From an uncultured Bacteroidia bacterium (lineage in GTDB: Bacteria; Bacteroidota; Bacteroidia; J057), in NCBI GenBank assembly GCA_964521065.1, contig CAZFPQ010000002.1:21909-85908 (forward strand): a DNA stretch of 64,000 nucleotides, written 5' to 3'. The notes under the pieces were generated by a model. The model saw nothing but the letters and a program-made list of their open reading frames with translations. It was not told where the DNA came from and made no database searches. Both the position numbers and the translations under genes were made by a program. Shown one piece after another: positions 39,126 through 48,149 of this stretch. Each line of letters opens with the position of its first letter. Position 1 is the stretch's first letter.

Positions 39126-40943
39126 ATGAAAAAAAATTACAACTACTATTTGTCACTTTTACTCACGTGCCTGATGGCATCCAGTAGTCTTGTTGCCCAA
39201 GACACATTGGATGTCACACCAGGACAGGGGACACTAAATGCGGCCATCGATGCCAACTTAGGTACCAAGATTTACCGACTTCAAGCAGGGGCTTATTACG
39301 GATTAGATAAGCCCATCGAAAATGTAGACTACCATCTACAGATCGTTGGGGAGGACGTAAACATCTACACCGGCACACAGTTACCCGCCACCCTTCAGAC
39401 TGGCTCACAAGCCTCTGGTGCCCCATTAGCGAGAATGTTTGATGCCAAAGGAGATCTGACCTTAAAGAATCTTTACTGCATGAATGTGGATCTCAATGGT
39501 GCAATAGGACAGCGGTTTATCCGACAAGCTGACTCTGGGGCATTTGTAAAGATTAGCAACTGTATCATCGATCCCTTGGGTGATACCCACGGCATTGAAT
39601 TAACTGGAGGTTCTAATGATCTGTTCTTCACCGATAACCTCCTTTTGCGGCACGGAAAAAATCGGGTTCAACGAGATGGCCACCTATTCAGGATCACCGT
39701 GGGCTCAGCCCCTACGGGAGCAGATACAGTTTGGATCGAGAACAACACCTTCTTTGGAATTGGGGTGTTCTTTATCTGGGGTAACTGGACCAGAGACAAT
39801 AACATGATTTTCGTTAATCACAATACCTTCATCCACCATGAAGGAGAATGGATTAACTCTGTATTTACCAGGGAGTTGTTTCATACCAACAACTTGATGA
39901 TGGACATCAGCATGATTCCCATCCAAGATGCAACAGGGGTATTGCCAGGAAAAGATCCAAATTTTCCCAAACGACAGCTGATCATGTCGGATAGTCTACC
40001 AGGTGAGGCTTTGCCGGTGCAGAGGACATCTTATGTACATTATAACAGCCTTTATCGTACGCCTGACTGGTTCCCAATTTTGGATCAGTGGAATGACTCT
40101 TTGAAGAAACTAAACTTGGATACGGCTTTCTTCCAACCCTTGATGTGGGACGGAGCCACTCCAGAAAATTATGGCGTGGATCCCATGCTAGCGATGATGG
40201 ATTCCAAGGAACCTCAGATCTTCAACTTTGTCAACAACAATGGGGATACCCTCACCAATAGCAACTTCCCTAACTTTTCATACGGGAGTATGACCTATGG
40301 CAAAGATCCCTTGTTCAACGAAGACTCTATATATCGCAAATCGCAGCTCTATGCTGCCATGGCTTTCAACGTCTCCCTTAGAGATCAACTTGGATACCCA
40401 AATCCAACACTCTTGACAGATCGCATTACGGCGCAGGAAGATTGGTGGTGGGATCCAGACGGAGACATCAGCCTTAACGATGTTTTCCCCGTTTTTGACG
40501 GCAGCTATACAGACCCTGCAACTCTCACGGGCTCCATTGAGAGCATGCCCTTGGGAGACCTAAACTGGTATCCTTCTGAAAAAGCGATTTGGGATACCCT
40601 TAGCACAGACGTGTTTGAGTACATGAAAGCAGGTAATACCGCTCCCTTCCGCTTTGCTACCAACATTGCCGATCTTGACTATAGCGCCCTGCCTTCTCGG
40701 ATTTATCCTACTGTAGTGACTCACTCTGCCACCGTAGAGTTTACCCTAGAGACAGCCGAAACGGTCGAGATTTCCTTGTACAACACGGCAGGACAGCAAA
40801 TCCAGACCCTTCAAGGAGGCAAAAAAGCTCCTGGTACACACCAAGTCCAATTTGACCGTGGGGGAATGGCAGCAGGTGTATACGTTTGCATCATTAAGGC
40901 TGGTAGTACTGGTGCCGCACATAAGATAATCGTGTCCGACTAA
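39126..40943 (+). CDS. Secreted protein with probable right-handed beta-helix region and T9SS C-terminal sorting domain
   Basis: A signal peptide is present. Repetitive N/I/F-rich turns (ISNCIIDP, FFTDNLLL, WIENNTFFG, FVNHNTFIH, FHTNNLMM) suggest a parallel beta-helix. The last ~80 aa (IYPTVVTHSATVEFTLETAETVEISLYNTAGQQ...GVYVCIIKAGSTGAAHKIIVSD) are a T9SS CTD. The gene starts 32 nt after the TBDR. Confidence 0.5.
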   Translation: MKKNYNYYLSLLLTCLMASSSLVAQDTLDVTPGQGTLNAAIDANLGTKIYRLQAGAYYGLDKPIENVDYHLQIVGEDVNIYTGTQLPATLQTGSQASGAPLARMFDAKGDLTLKNLYCMNVDLNGAIGQRFIRQADSGAFVKISNCIIDPLGDTHGIELTGGSNDLFFTDNLLLRHGKNRVQRDGHLFRITVGSAPTGADTVWIENNTFFGIGVFFIWGNWTRDNNMIFVNHNTFIHHEGEWINSVFTRELFHTNNLMMDISMIPIQDATGVLPGKDPNFPKRQLIMSDSLPGEALPVQRTSYVHYNSLYRTPDWFPILDQWNDSLKKLNLDTAFFQPLMWDGATPENYGVDPMLAMMDSKEPQIFNFVNNNGDTLTNSNFPNFSYGSMTYGKDPLFNEDSIYRKSQLYAAMAFNVSLRDQLGYPNPTLLTDRITAQEDWWWDPDGDISLNDVFPVFDGSYTDPATLTGSIESMPLGDLNWYPSEKAIWDTLSTDVFEYMKAGNTAPFRFATNIADLDYSALPSRIYPTVVTHSATVEFTLETAETVEISLYNTAGQQIQTLQGGKKAPGTHQVQFDRGGMAAGVYVCIIKAGSTGAAHKIIVSD

Positions 40944-41147
40944 TTTTTTCTCTGAGTTAATGTGTTGAATGCCCCACATGATCTTTACACAATTTTGGCA
41001 AAACAAATCAGTTGTCATTTGCGGTAAAGGTTATGTGGGCATCATTCCCCTCCTGTCAACAAATCAGCATATACCATTCCTTGCTTAAAGCTTTCTTAGG
41101 AATCATATATTCCGGGATAAATTCTACGTTAATCTATTACTACTGCC

Positions 41148-43385
41148 ATGCTAAGACATTTATGCATAATGTGCTACCTATGCTTGACTTCAAGTATTGG
41201 TTTAGCGCAGATCGATGTAAGCGAGTCGATGGATCACGAGTTGGGGCCAGGTTTTGCGATTCCCAATAATACGTCCAGGTTTACTGGATCTATGAACAAT
41301 CACATCTCTGGACAGGAGAACATCTTAAGCTATAAAAACCATCAATACATCGCCTTCTACAACGACGAGCGCAAGGTAGTCGTAGGCCGCAGGGATTTAT
41401 GTGGTGATCTTTGGGAGTTACTTGTATTGGACGACTATGTTCAAACGCTCAATGACAGACATAATCACATTAGCATGGGCATATGTGAAGGCGATGGAAC
41501 CATTCATTTGACTTTTGACCACCACGCCCATAACCTTCGCTACCGGGTCTCCACGCTAGGCCTTGCGGTTAATCCTGAAAAATATGCCTGGGAGGCTAGC
41601 CTGTTTGGTCCAATCCAGAACAACTTGGTGGAAGGGATGGCAGAAATACGGGTGACCTACCCGGTTTTCGTGTCCAGTAAGGATGGGCATTTGAATTTTT
41701 CCTGGCGTAAGGGAGGGTCGGGTAATGGCGAATCAAGAATCGCTTTTTACAACGGCAAAACGCACACTTGGGAAAACGTTCACACCTTCGTAGATGCAGG
41801 GGGAACCTACCAGGACCCCTACCTTAGCGGCAGTTCTACCAGTAGGAACGCCTACCACTTCGATTATGTGTACGACGATAAAAATGTACTACATGCCAGT
41901 TGGGTCTGGCGAGAAGGTTCACAATCTGGATTTAACCACGACATCGCTTATGCCTGGTCGCCTGATTATGGATTTACCTGGTACAACAACGACAGCGTCA
42001 AAATCGCCGAGTACTCAGACACCAATCCTTCCTATATCAGCTACAACAGTCCAGGCTTGCACGTCTGGACCTTAGATAGCCGCTACGGCATGATCAATGG
42101 CGGAGGTCAGACGATTGACCACCTAAACCAGCCTCACCTCATTGCCAGACACCGGATACAGCCAGAGGAATTTTCCTCCCCTCGCTACGCCAATTCCAGC
42201 GATGGCAGCTTTTTCCACTATTGGAGGGATACCGTCGGGGTCTGGCATCAGCAGCAAATCCCATTTTATGGGAGTAGAACTAAGCTATATAGCGATGCTT
42301 TTGGCAACCTATATATGCCATACGGCACCAATCGACTAAGAGTAGTCGTAGCAGAAGCTTCTGACCACTGGACAAGCTGGACCCAGCTATACCAAGCCAA
42401 TAGAGTTACTCAGCGGAACGAGCATCATGCAGACCGCAACAGACTCAAGCAGGATGGAGTGTTTACCGTTGTCAGTCACGAATTTGATGGAGCGATTACA
42501 GATGGTCCTATGTTTGTCACAGACTTTAAGTTCAACCTGAATCAAAATAGTCATATTCAACTTGACCCTGAAGCAGACACCTACGTACGGGCAGATTCAT
42601 TTAGTAACCAAAATTTTGGAAGAAGCAGTAGCCTGATCGTTAAAGACAACTTACAAAACTCATTTGACCGTCAAATCTTTTTGCGTTTTGACCTCAATCA
42701 GCTTGCCGACTTGTCAGTATCAAACATCCAAAAGGCAGAGCTAGTCATGGATGTCAAAACTAGGCAAAATGCGTCCCCAGGAGAAACGTATGACCTATAT
42801 AAGATCGATGACGATAGCTGGAATGAAGACAGCATCAACCTAGACAATGCCCCTGTTCCAAGCACCTTGCTACAAACCATAGAAGGAGATTCCATTCAAA
42901 TGCGCTGGGACCTTACCCAGGAAGTCATCTCAGAGTGGTCCGCTGATGGGCGCCTATCACTTTCTTTAAGCAACAGTACTGAGGGAGGGAATTCGATTAT
43001 TCACTTCTTTTCAAAAGAAGCTTCTGCCAATGGCTTAGGTCCTAGACTGGAAATCATTGCCGACTCTTCCTGCAGCCAGACGATTATGGCCACGACCAAG
43101 ACGACTACAGATATCGACGACACTAATTTTGGCAAGCCTGCTACCCTATCTCCCAATCCAACAACAGGGATACTTAACCTACATCTTCACCAGGAGCATG
43201 CTACAGAGCTAAAATGGGAGATTAGCGACCTACAAGGCCGGTTACTTCGCAAGTCCAAATCACACCTGTCCTCTGCTTCAGCCACCCATCGCATTGATGT
43301 CCGTGAATTACCCAAAGGCATTTACCTATTCTACCTTTATTCCGATCAGGGATCTCTATTCACTCAAAAAATCATGAAACTTTAG
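41148..43385 (+). CDS. BNR_4-type beta-propeller protein plus DNRLRE/CBM96-like domain plus T9SS C-terminal sorting domain
   Basis: A signal peptide is present. The propeller block is DRHNHISMGICEGDGTIHLTFDHHAHNLRY. The middle block DPEADTYVRADSFSNQNFGRSSSLIVKD...RQIFLRFDL fits the DNRLRE domain pattern. The C-terminus LSPNPTTGILNLHL...LPKGIYLFYLYSDQGSLFTQKIMKL is a T9SS CTD. Confidence 0.55.
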   Translation: MLRHLCIMCYLCLTSSIGLAQIDVSESMDHELGPGFAIPNNTSRFTGSMNNHISGQENILSYKNHQYIAFYNDERKVVVGRRDLCGDLWELLVLDDYVQTLNDRHNHISMGICEGDGTIHLTFDHHAHNLRYRVSTLGLAVNPEKYAWEASLFGPIQNNLVEGMAEIRVTYPVFVSSKDGHLNFSWRKGGSGNGESRIAFYNGKTHTWENVHTFVDAGGTYQDPYLSGSSTSRNAYHFDYVYDDKNVLHASWVWREGSQSGFNHDIAYAWSPDYGFTWYNNDSVKIAEYSDTNPSYISYNSPGLHVWTLDSRYGMINGGGQTIDHLNQPHLIARHRIQPEEFSSPRYANSSDGSFFHYWRDTVGVWHQQQIPFYGSRTKLYSDAFGNLYMPYGTNRLRVVVAEASDHWTSWTQLYQANRVTQRNEHHADRNRLKQDGVFTVVSHEFDGAITDGPMFVTDFKFNLNQNSHIQLDPEADTYVRADSFSNQNFGRSSSLIVKDNLQNSFDRQIFLRFDLNQLADLSVSNIQKAELVMDVKTRQNASPGETYDLYKIDDDSWNEDSINLDNAPVPSTLLQTIEGDSIQMRWDLTQEVISEWSADGRLSLSLSNSTEGGNSIIHFFSKEASANGLGPRLEIIADSSCSQTIMATTKTTTDIDDTNFGKPATLSPNPTTGILNLHLHQEHATELKWEISDLQGRLLRKSKSHLSSASATHRIDVRELPKGIYLFYLYSDQGSLFTQKIMKL

Positions 43386-43596
43386 CTTGTATTTGGGAAA
43401 GGAAGGAGAGGTTTTTCAGTCAATGAAAGTCACATTCTCGACCTCACCTATCCAATTAATAACCCAATGTTGTGGTTTGGAAACCGTTCTTTCGAGTAGA
43501 TTTTCCCATGGTTTATTAGCTGGCGTCGAATAGCCCAAGTCCGAAATTGCCTGAAAGGCTATGGGGAATGTTGCCACCCTTTTGTGGATAGAGCCC

Positions 43597-43625
43597 AGCC
43601 CAGCTGGGCTTTACTTTTTCTGTTT
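43597..43625 (+). terminator. GC-rich palindrome plus T-rich tail in the convergent gap between the BNR_4/T9SS gene and rhaR
   Basis: AGCCCAGCTGGGCT (43597-43610) is a perfect 14-bp palindrome, followed by ttactttttctgtttt. Confidence 0.35.
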
Positions 43626-43650
43626 TGGTACCTGTTCTGTATTGTCGAGA

Positions 43651-44556
43651 TTACTCCTCATCATGGTCGAGATCATTTGGCTTCAAAAGGGTATTTTCTC
43701 TAATCTCGGTAGGTTTGAAACCGGTTTTCTTCTTAAAAAGTCGACTGAAATAGTGGACGGATTCGAAACCTAGCTCATATCCAATCTCCTTGATGCTTTT
43801 CTGAGTGGTAAGGAGCAGTTCTTTGGCTCGCATAATTTTCAGTTCAAGATGATATTGATGAGGCGAGACCCCTGTATAGTTTTTGAACATCTTACGAAGA
43901 TACGCGTAGCCAACCCGATGCTCTTCAGCAAAGGCCTGAAGATCAACCTTATCCTCTAGGTTCTCGCGCATATGGAAACGAGCTTTTTGAATTACTTTTT
44001 CAATGTGCTTGCCTGAGAGGTTACGCTTCTTTTGAAAAGTAATCAGGTATCCCAGCAGCTTGATGACGAGCCCAGAACAAATTTGCTGGAACCCTGGCTC
44101 TTCCTTCTGGGCGAGGTCAAAAATTTTGTAGTAGGTATCTAATAATTCCTCTCTTATTCCACAGTGGATCACCGATGGCTTGGATGCGAAAACAGATTGG
44201 TTAAGCAGTTTTTCGGCCAGCTCTCCTTCAAACCCAATATAATGTTCCACCCAACCGACTTTTTTCAAAGGCCTATATCGATGCCAATCGCCCGGCCGCA
44301 CAATCAAAAGGCTTCCTGGTCTGATGGGAAACTTGCCAAACTCGTTTTCCAGTACTCCATTTCCCTCAGTAATGTAATTGATTTGATACTCTTGAAGGAC
44401 TCGCCCTCTACTCCAATGAAAATAATATCCAGTTGGATGATCCAAGGAGGGATAGACGGTTTTGGGAGCAATGTTAGCTTTTCCAGCAACATTGAGATAT
44501 AGGCCCCAATTCTTATCCTCCTCGCCAGCAGTTAAATAGGTGAAAAAATCTTTCAT
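43651..44556 (-). CDS. rhaR: AraC-family transcriptional regulator, divergent from the rhamnose catabolic operon (probable rhamnose regulator)
   Basis: The C-terminal AraC HTH is RVGYAYLRKMFKNYTGVSPHQYHLELKIMRAKELLLTTQKSIKEIGYELGFESVHYFSRLFKKKTGFKPTEIR. The start is moved to the ATG at 44556 (MKDFFTYL...). The symbol comes from position and from the known use of AraC-type RhaR in Bacteroidota; it is not proven. Confidence 0.7.
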   Translation of the reverse strand: MKDFFTYLTAGEEDKNWGLYLNVAGKANIAPKTVYPSLDHPTGYYFHWSRGRVLQEYQINYITEGNGVLENEFGKFPIRPGSLLIVRPGDWHRYRPLKKVGWVEHYIGFEGELAEKLLNQSVFASKPSVIHCGIREELLDTYYKIFDLAQKEEPGFQQICSGLVIKLLGYLITFQKKRNLSGKHIEKVIQKARFHMRENLEDKVDLQAFAEEHRVGYAYLRKMFKNYTGVSPHQYHLELKIMRAKELLLTTQKSIKEIGYELGFESVHYFSRLFKKKTGFKPTEIRENTLLKPNDLDHDEE

Positions 44557-44595
44557 ATTGGTCCAAAAAGTGCAAACAAAAGTACACTTTATTAA

Positions 44596-44616
44596 TTGAT
44601 AATCCCTGGTTATCAA
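44596..44616. promoter_or_regulatory. Perfect 7-bp inverted repeat TTGATAA-N7-TTATCAA in the rhaR / rhaEW divergent intergenic region (candidate operator)
   Basis: Read directly from the sequence: ttgataa (44596-44602), tccctgg, ttatcaa (44610-44616). It lies 40 bp upstream of the AraC ATG and 62 bp upstream of the rhaEW ATG. Confidence 0.25.
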
Positions 44617-44678
44617 CCTATTATTGTATAAAGGATCATTCAATAAGGTAGACAAAAAATAAGCGGATTGCTAAAATT

Positions 44679-46778
44679 ATGAACGTAAAGTCGTTTTCTC
44701 ATGTGGAATATCTCTGGGACGAAGCGAAAGCTTTGGAACTCGATGGAGATGAGGTGGCTCTCTTCCTATACCGGTCCAATATTCTGGGTGCAGACTTGCG
44801 CATCACCAATTTTGGTGGCGGCAATACCAGCTGCAAAACCGTTGAGAAAGACCCTTTAACCGGGCAAGAGACAGAGGTAATGTGGGTAAAAGGTTCGGGG
44901 GGTGACATTGGTACCCTCACCCGGGCGGGGATCGCGGGCTTGTATACCGACCGGCTAAGGGCATTAAAGAATATTTATCGAGGTCTCGAACACGAAGATG
45001 AAATGGTTGGGCTATTCTACCATTGTATTTACGACCTAGATAGCCGGGCCCCTTCTATCGATACCGCATTGCATGGCCTTCTTCCTTTTAAACATATAGA
45101 TCACCTTCATCCGGACGCACTTATTGCCATAGCGGCGGCAGAAGACAGCCAAGCCATCACCAAGGAAATATGGGGAGATAGCATGGGATGGATTCCCTGG
45201 CAGAGGCCTGGCTTTGACCTGGGACTACAATTAGAAAAATGCCTCAACGAAAACCCTGGTATTCGAGGTATTGTCCTAGGTGGGCATGGCTTATTTACCT
45301 GGGGAGACAGCTCCTATGACTGCTACATGAATAGCTTGGAGGTAATTGAGCAAGCTTCTGTATACATTGAAGAGCGTCTAGGGAAGGAAAGACCCGTTTT
45401 TGGAGGACCTAAAATAGAAAGCTTAGAGGAGGGAAGTCGTAAAAAGCAGGCGGCCAAACTGGCTCCTATTCTTAGAGGTCTTTGTTCCAGTGAAAAGCGA
45501 ATGATTGGCCACTTCACTGACGATGAAAGGGTACTTGCCTTTATCAATAGCCACGACTTAGACAAATTGGCCCCGCTAGGCACTTCTTGTCCAGATCACT
45601 TCCTACGCACCAAAATCCAACCCTTGGTCTTAGATCTAGCCGCAGATGCAGATCTAAGTCTGGTAGATGAAGTTAAAGCCCAGCTCATACCCAGCTTTGA
45701 ACAATATCGCCGGGAATATGCCGAATATTATGAAAGCTGTAAGCATCCCAATAGTCCCGCTATGCGCGACCCAAATCCAGTGGTCATTTTATATCCTGGC
45801 GTGGGCATGTTTACTTTTGCAAAAAACAAACAAACTGCGCGGGTGGCGAGTGAGTTTTACCTCAATGCCATCAATGTCATGCGGGGGGCTGAAGCCATCT
45901 CCAAGTACACAGCCCTTTCTAGGCAAGAAGCCTTCAACATCGAATACTGGCTTTTAGAAGAAGCCAAATTACAACGTCAGCCAGCAGAAAAACCCCTTTC
46001 GCGTAAAGTTGCCCTGATCACCGGTGCGGGAGGAGGAATTGGCAAAGCCATAGCTGACAAACTAGCCAAGGAAGGAGCCAATGTGGTCCTAACAGATATT
46101 TCCGAAGAGCGACTGGTCGAGGCCAATGCATCCTACAAAAGGGATGTTTCAACCTACTCTAAATGCAACGTTCGCAGCAAAGAAGACATTCAAAATGCAT
46201 TTGAGCATGCATGCTTAGAGTTTGGGGGAGTTGACATAGTTGTCCACTCTGCAGGATTGGCCATATCGAAGTCTTTGGAAGATCATAGCGAATCAGATTG
46301 GGACATCCTTCAAGACGTTCTCGTAAAAGGTCAGTTTTTATTGGATCAGGAGGGTGTACAGATCATGCGGAAGCAAGGGATTGGAGGTAACATCGTGCAC
46401 ATTGCATCCAAAAATGGGTTGGTATCTGGCCCCAATAATGTGGGCTATGGCACGGCCAAAGCTGCCCAGCAGCATATGACTCGATTATTGGCAGCCGAAT
46501 TGGGCAAAGAGAAAATCCGCGTCAACACGGTCAATCCTGACGGGGTGATCGTAGGCAGTAAAATTTGGGAGGGAGATTGGGCTAAAGGGCGAGCAAAGGC
46601 CCATGGGATTTCAGTAGAGGACCTACCTGCCCACTATGCCAAAAGAAACCTTATAAATGAGATCATATATCCAGAAGACATTGCCAATGGAGTGTTTGCC
46701 TTAGTAGGCATACTGGACAAGAGCACCGGCAATACCATAAATGTAGATGGAGGCATGGCCCCTGCCTTTGTCAGATAG
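44679..46778 (+). CDS. rhaEW: Bifunctional L-rhamnulose-1-phosphate aldolase / short-chain (lactaldehyde) dehydrogenase, RhaEW type
   Basis: Length is ~700 aa. The N-terminal class II aldolase/adducin-like domain has ITNFGGGNTSCK and VKGSGGD. The C-terminal SDR has the Rossmann motif ALITGAGGGIGKAIA and catalytic YGTAKAA (YxxxK). This architecture is the one described for RhaEW fusions in rhamnose regulons. Confidence 0.85.
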   Translation: MNVKSFSHVEYLWDEAKALELDGDEVALFLYRSNILGADLRITNFGGGNTSCKTVEKDPLTGQETEVMWVKGSGGDIGTLTRAGIAGLYTDRLRALKNIYRGLEHEDEMVGLFYHCIYDLDSRAPSIDTALHGLLPFKHIDHLHPDALIAIAAAEDSQAITKEIWGDSMGWIPWQRPGFDLGLQLEKCLNENPGIRGIVLGGHGLFTWGDSSYDCYMNSLEVIEQASVYIEERLGKERPVFGGPKIESLEEGSRKKQAAKLAPILRGLCSSEKRMIGHFTDDERVLAFINSHDLDKLAPLGTSCPDHFLRTKIQPLVLDLAADADLSLVDEVKAQLIPSFEQYRREYAEYYESCKHPNSPAMRDPNPVVILYPGVGMFTFAKNKQTARVASEFYLNAINVMRGAEAISKYTALSRQEAFNIEYWLLEEAKLQRQPAEKPLSRKVALITGAGGGIGKAIADKLAKEGANVVLTDISEERLVEANASYKRDVSTYSKCNVRSKEDIQNAFEHACLEFGGVDIVVHSAGLAISKSLEDHSESDWDILQDVLVKGQFLLDQEGVQIMRKQGIGGNIVHIASKNGLVSGPNNVGYGTAKAAQQHMTRLLAAELGKEKIRVNTVNPDGVIVGSKIWEGDWAKGRAKAHGISVEDLPAHYAKRNLINEIIYPEDIANGVFALVGILDKSTGNTINVDGGMAPAFVR

Positions 46779-46814
46779 ATTAGTAGTAGTAGTCTTTTTA
46801 TTTGCACACACATC

Positions 46815-46840
46815 GGTCGGGGAAACGTAGTTCCCCGACC
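46815..46840 (+). terminator. Stem-loop (10-bp perfect stem, 6-nt loop) between rhaEW and rhaI; intrinsic terminator/attenuator or mRNA stabiliser
   Basis: GGTCGGGGAA-acgtag-TTCCCCGACC is followed by cttttacc. It sits 37 nt after the rhaEW stop and 25 nt before the rhaI ATG. Confidence 0.4.
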
Positions 46841-46865
46841 CTTTTACCGCCCTCAATGAACCACT

Positions 46866-48149
46866 ATGCATATATCCCGAGATCAAATTGAGTCCATCAA
46901 TAAAACATCCTACGCGGAGCATTATAAGCAGCTAGAAGTGCTAAGTAGTCAGCTTGATAAGCGGGGATTAAACGTAGAGCAGTTAATAAAAAAGATCGAG
47001 TCTTTTCAGGTTGCCATCCCTAGCTGGGCCCTTGGCGCCGGAGGGACTAGATTTGGACGATTCTCTTTTGGCGGAGAACCTTCCAATCTGGAAGAGAAAA
47101 TAGATGATATCGGGATCATCCACGCCATCACCCAATCAGCCGGAGCTATTTCTTTGCATATCCCTTGGGATATTCCCCAGGACCCCAAAGCTATCCAAGA
47201 GCGAGCAGCTTCACATGGGATTGTATTTGATGCCATGAATTCCAATACATTCCAAGATCAGCCTAACCAGAAATTTAGCTACAAATATGGCTCTCTGGGG
47301 AACCGAGATTCCTCCGTAAGAGCAGCGGCAGTAACGCATAACAAGGAAGTAATCGACATGGGAGTCTCCTTAGGCTCCAAAAGCCTAACCGTCTGGTTAT
47401 CAGATGGGTCATCTTTCCCTGGGCAGCTAAACTTTCGGAAGGCTTTGGCTAGGACTTTGGAAAGTCTCAAAGAGATTTATGCCTACATGCCTGATGACTG
47501 GAAACTTTACATAGAGTATAAGCCATACGAGCCCAGCTTTTACAGCACGGTAATACAGGACTGGGGAACTTCTCACCTTTTGGCCAATGAATGTGGAGAA
47601 AACGCCTATTGCCTCGTGGACCTTGGCCATCATCTTCCCAATACCAACATTGAACAGATTGTTGCGACACTACTCTGGCGGGGAAAGCTGGGTGGCTTTC
47701 ATTTCAATGATAGCAAGTATGGCGATGACGACCTGACCGTGGGTAGCCTCAAGCCCTATCAACTCTTCTTGATTTTCAACGAGTTGGTGTATGGCATGGA
47801 AAACAACGAAGCCAACAATCCCGATCTGGCATGGATGATAGACGCCAGTCATAACGTCAAAGACCCTCTCGAAGACCTTCTTCAAAGCCTGGAAGCCATT
47901 CGGCTTGCCTATGCCCAAGCCTTGATCGTAGATAGAGATGAGTTAGATCATTTAAGAGGTCAAAATGAAGTAGTCCTTACCCAAGAATTGCTACAGGATG
48001 CCTACCGTACAGACCTAAGGCCTCTGGTGAGGGAGGCCAGACGCAGATCTGGAGGTGCCCTTGACCCCATTCACTGCTACAGAAAGGCTGAGATCCGTAA
48101 AAGTCTAATTGCCGAAAGAGGCTGGGAAACCATCGCAACAGGATTATAA
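46866..48149 (+). CDS. rhaI: L-rhamnose isomerase (RhaI / xylose-isomerase-like TIM-barrel type)
   Basis: Length is ~427 aa. The blocks VAIPSWALGAGGTRFGRF, AISLHIPWD, LYIEYKPYEP, VDLGHH and GGFHFNDSKYGDDDL are typical of the non-RhaA rhamnose isomerase family. The position between the aldolase and kinase genes supports the call. Confidence 0.8.
   Translation: MHISRDQIESINKTSYAEHYKQLEVLSSQLDKRGLNVEQLIKKIESFQVAIPSWALGAGGTRFGRFSFGGEPSNLEEKIDDIGIIHAITQSAGAISLHIPWDIPQDPKAIQERAASHGIVFDAMNSNTFQDQPNQKFSYKYGSLGNRDSSVRAAAVTHNKEVIDMGVSLGSKSLTVWLSDGSSFPGQLNFRKALARTLESLKEIYAYMPDDWKLYIEYKPYEPSFYSTVIQDWGTSHLLANECGENAYCLVDLGHHLPNTNIEQIVATLLWRGKLGGFHFNDSKYGDDDLTVGSLKPYQLFLIFNELVYGMENNEANNPDLAWMIDASHNVKDPLEDLLQSLEAIRLAYAQALIVDRDELDHLRGQNEVVLTQELLQDAYRTDLRPLVREARRRSGGALDPIHCYRKAEIRKSLIAERGWETIATGL

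Noticed and set aside
40968-41042. Imperfect long-range inverted repeat ATGCCCCACAT ... ATGTGGGCAT upstream of the second BNR_4 gene.
   Set aside because: The arms are short (10-11 nt with one indel) and separated by about 55 nt. That is too weak to call a regulatory element or terminator without comparative data.
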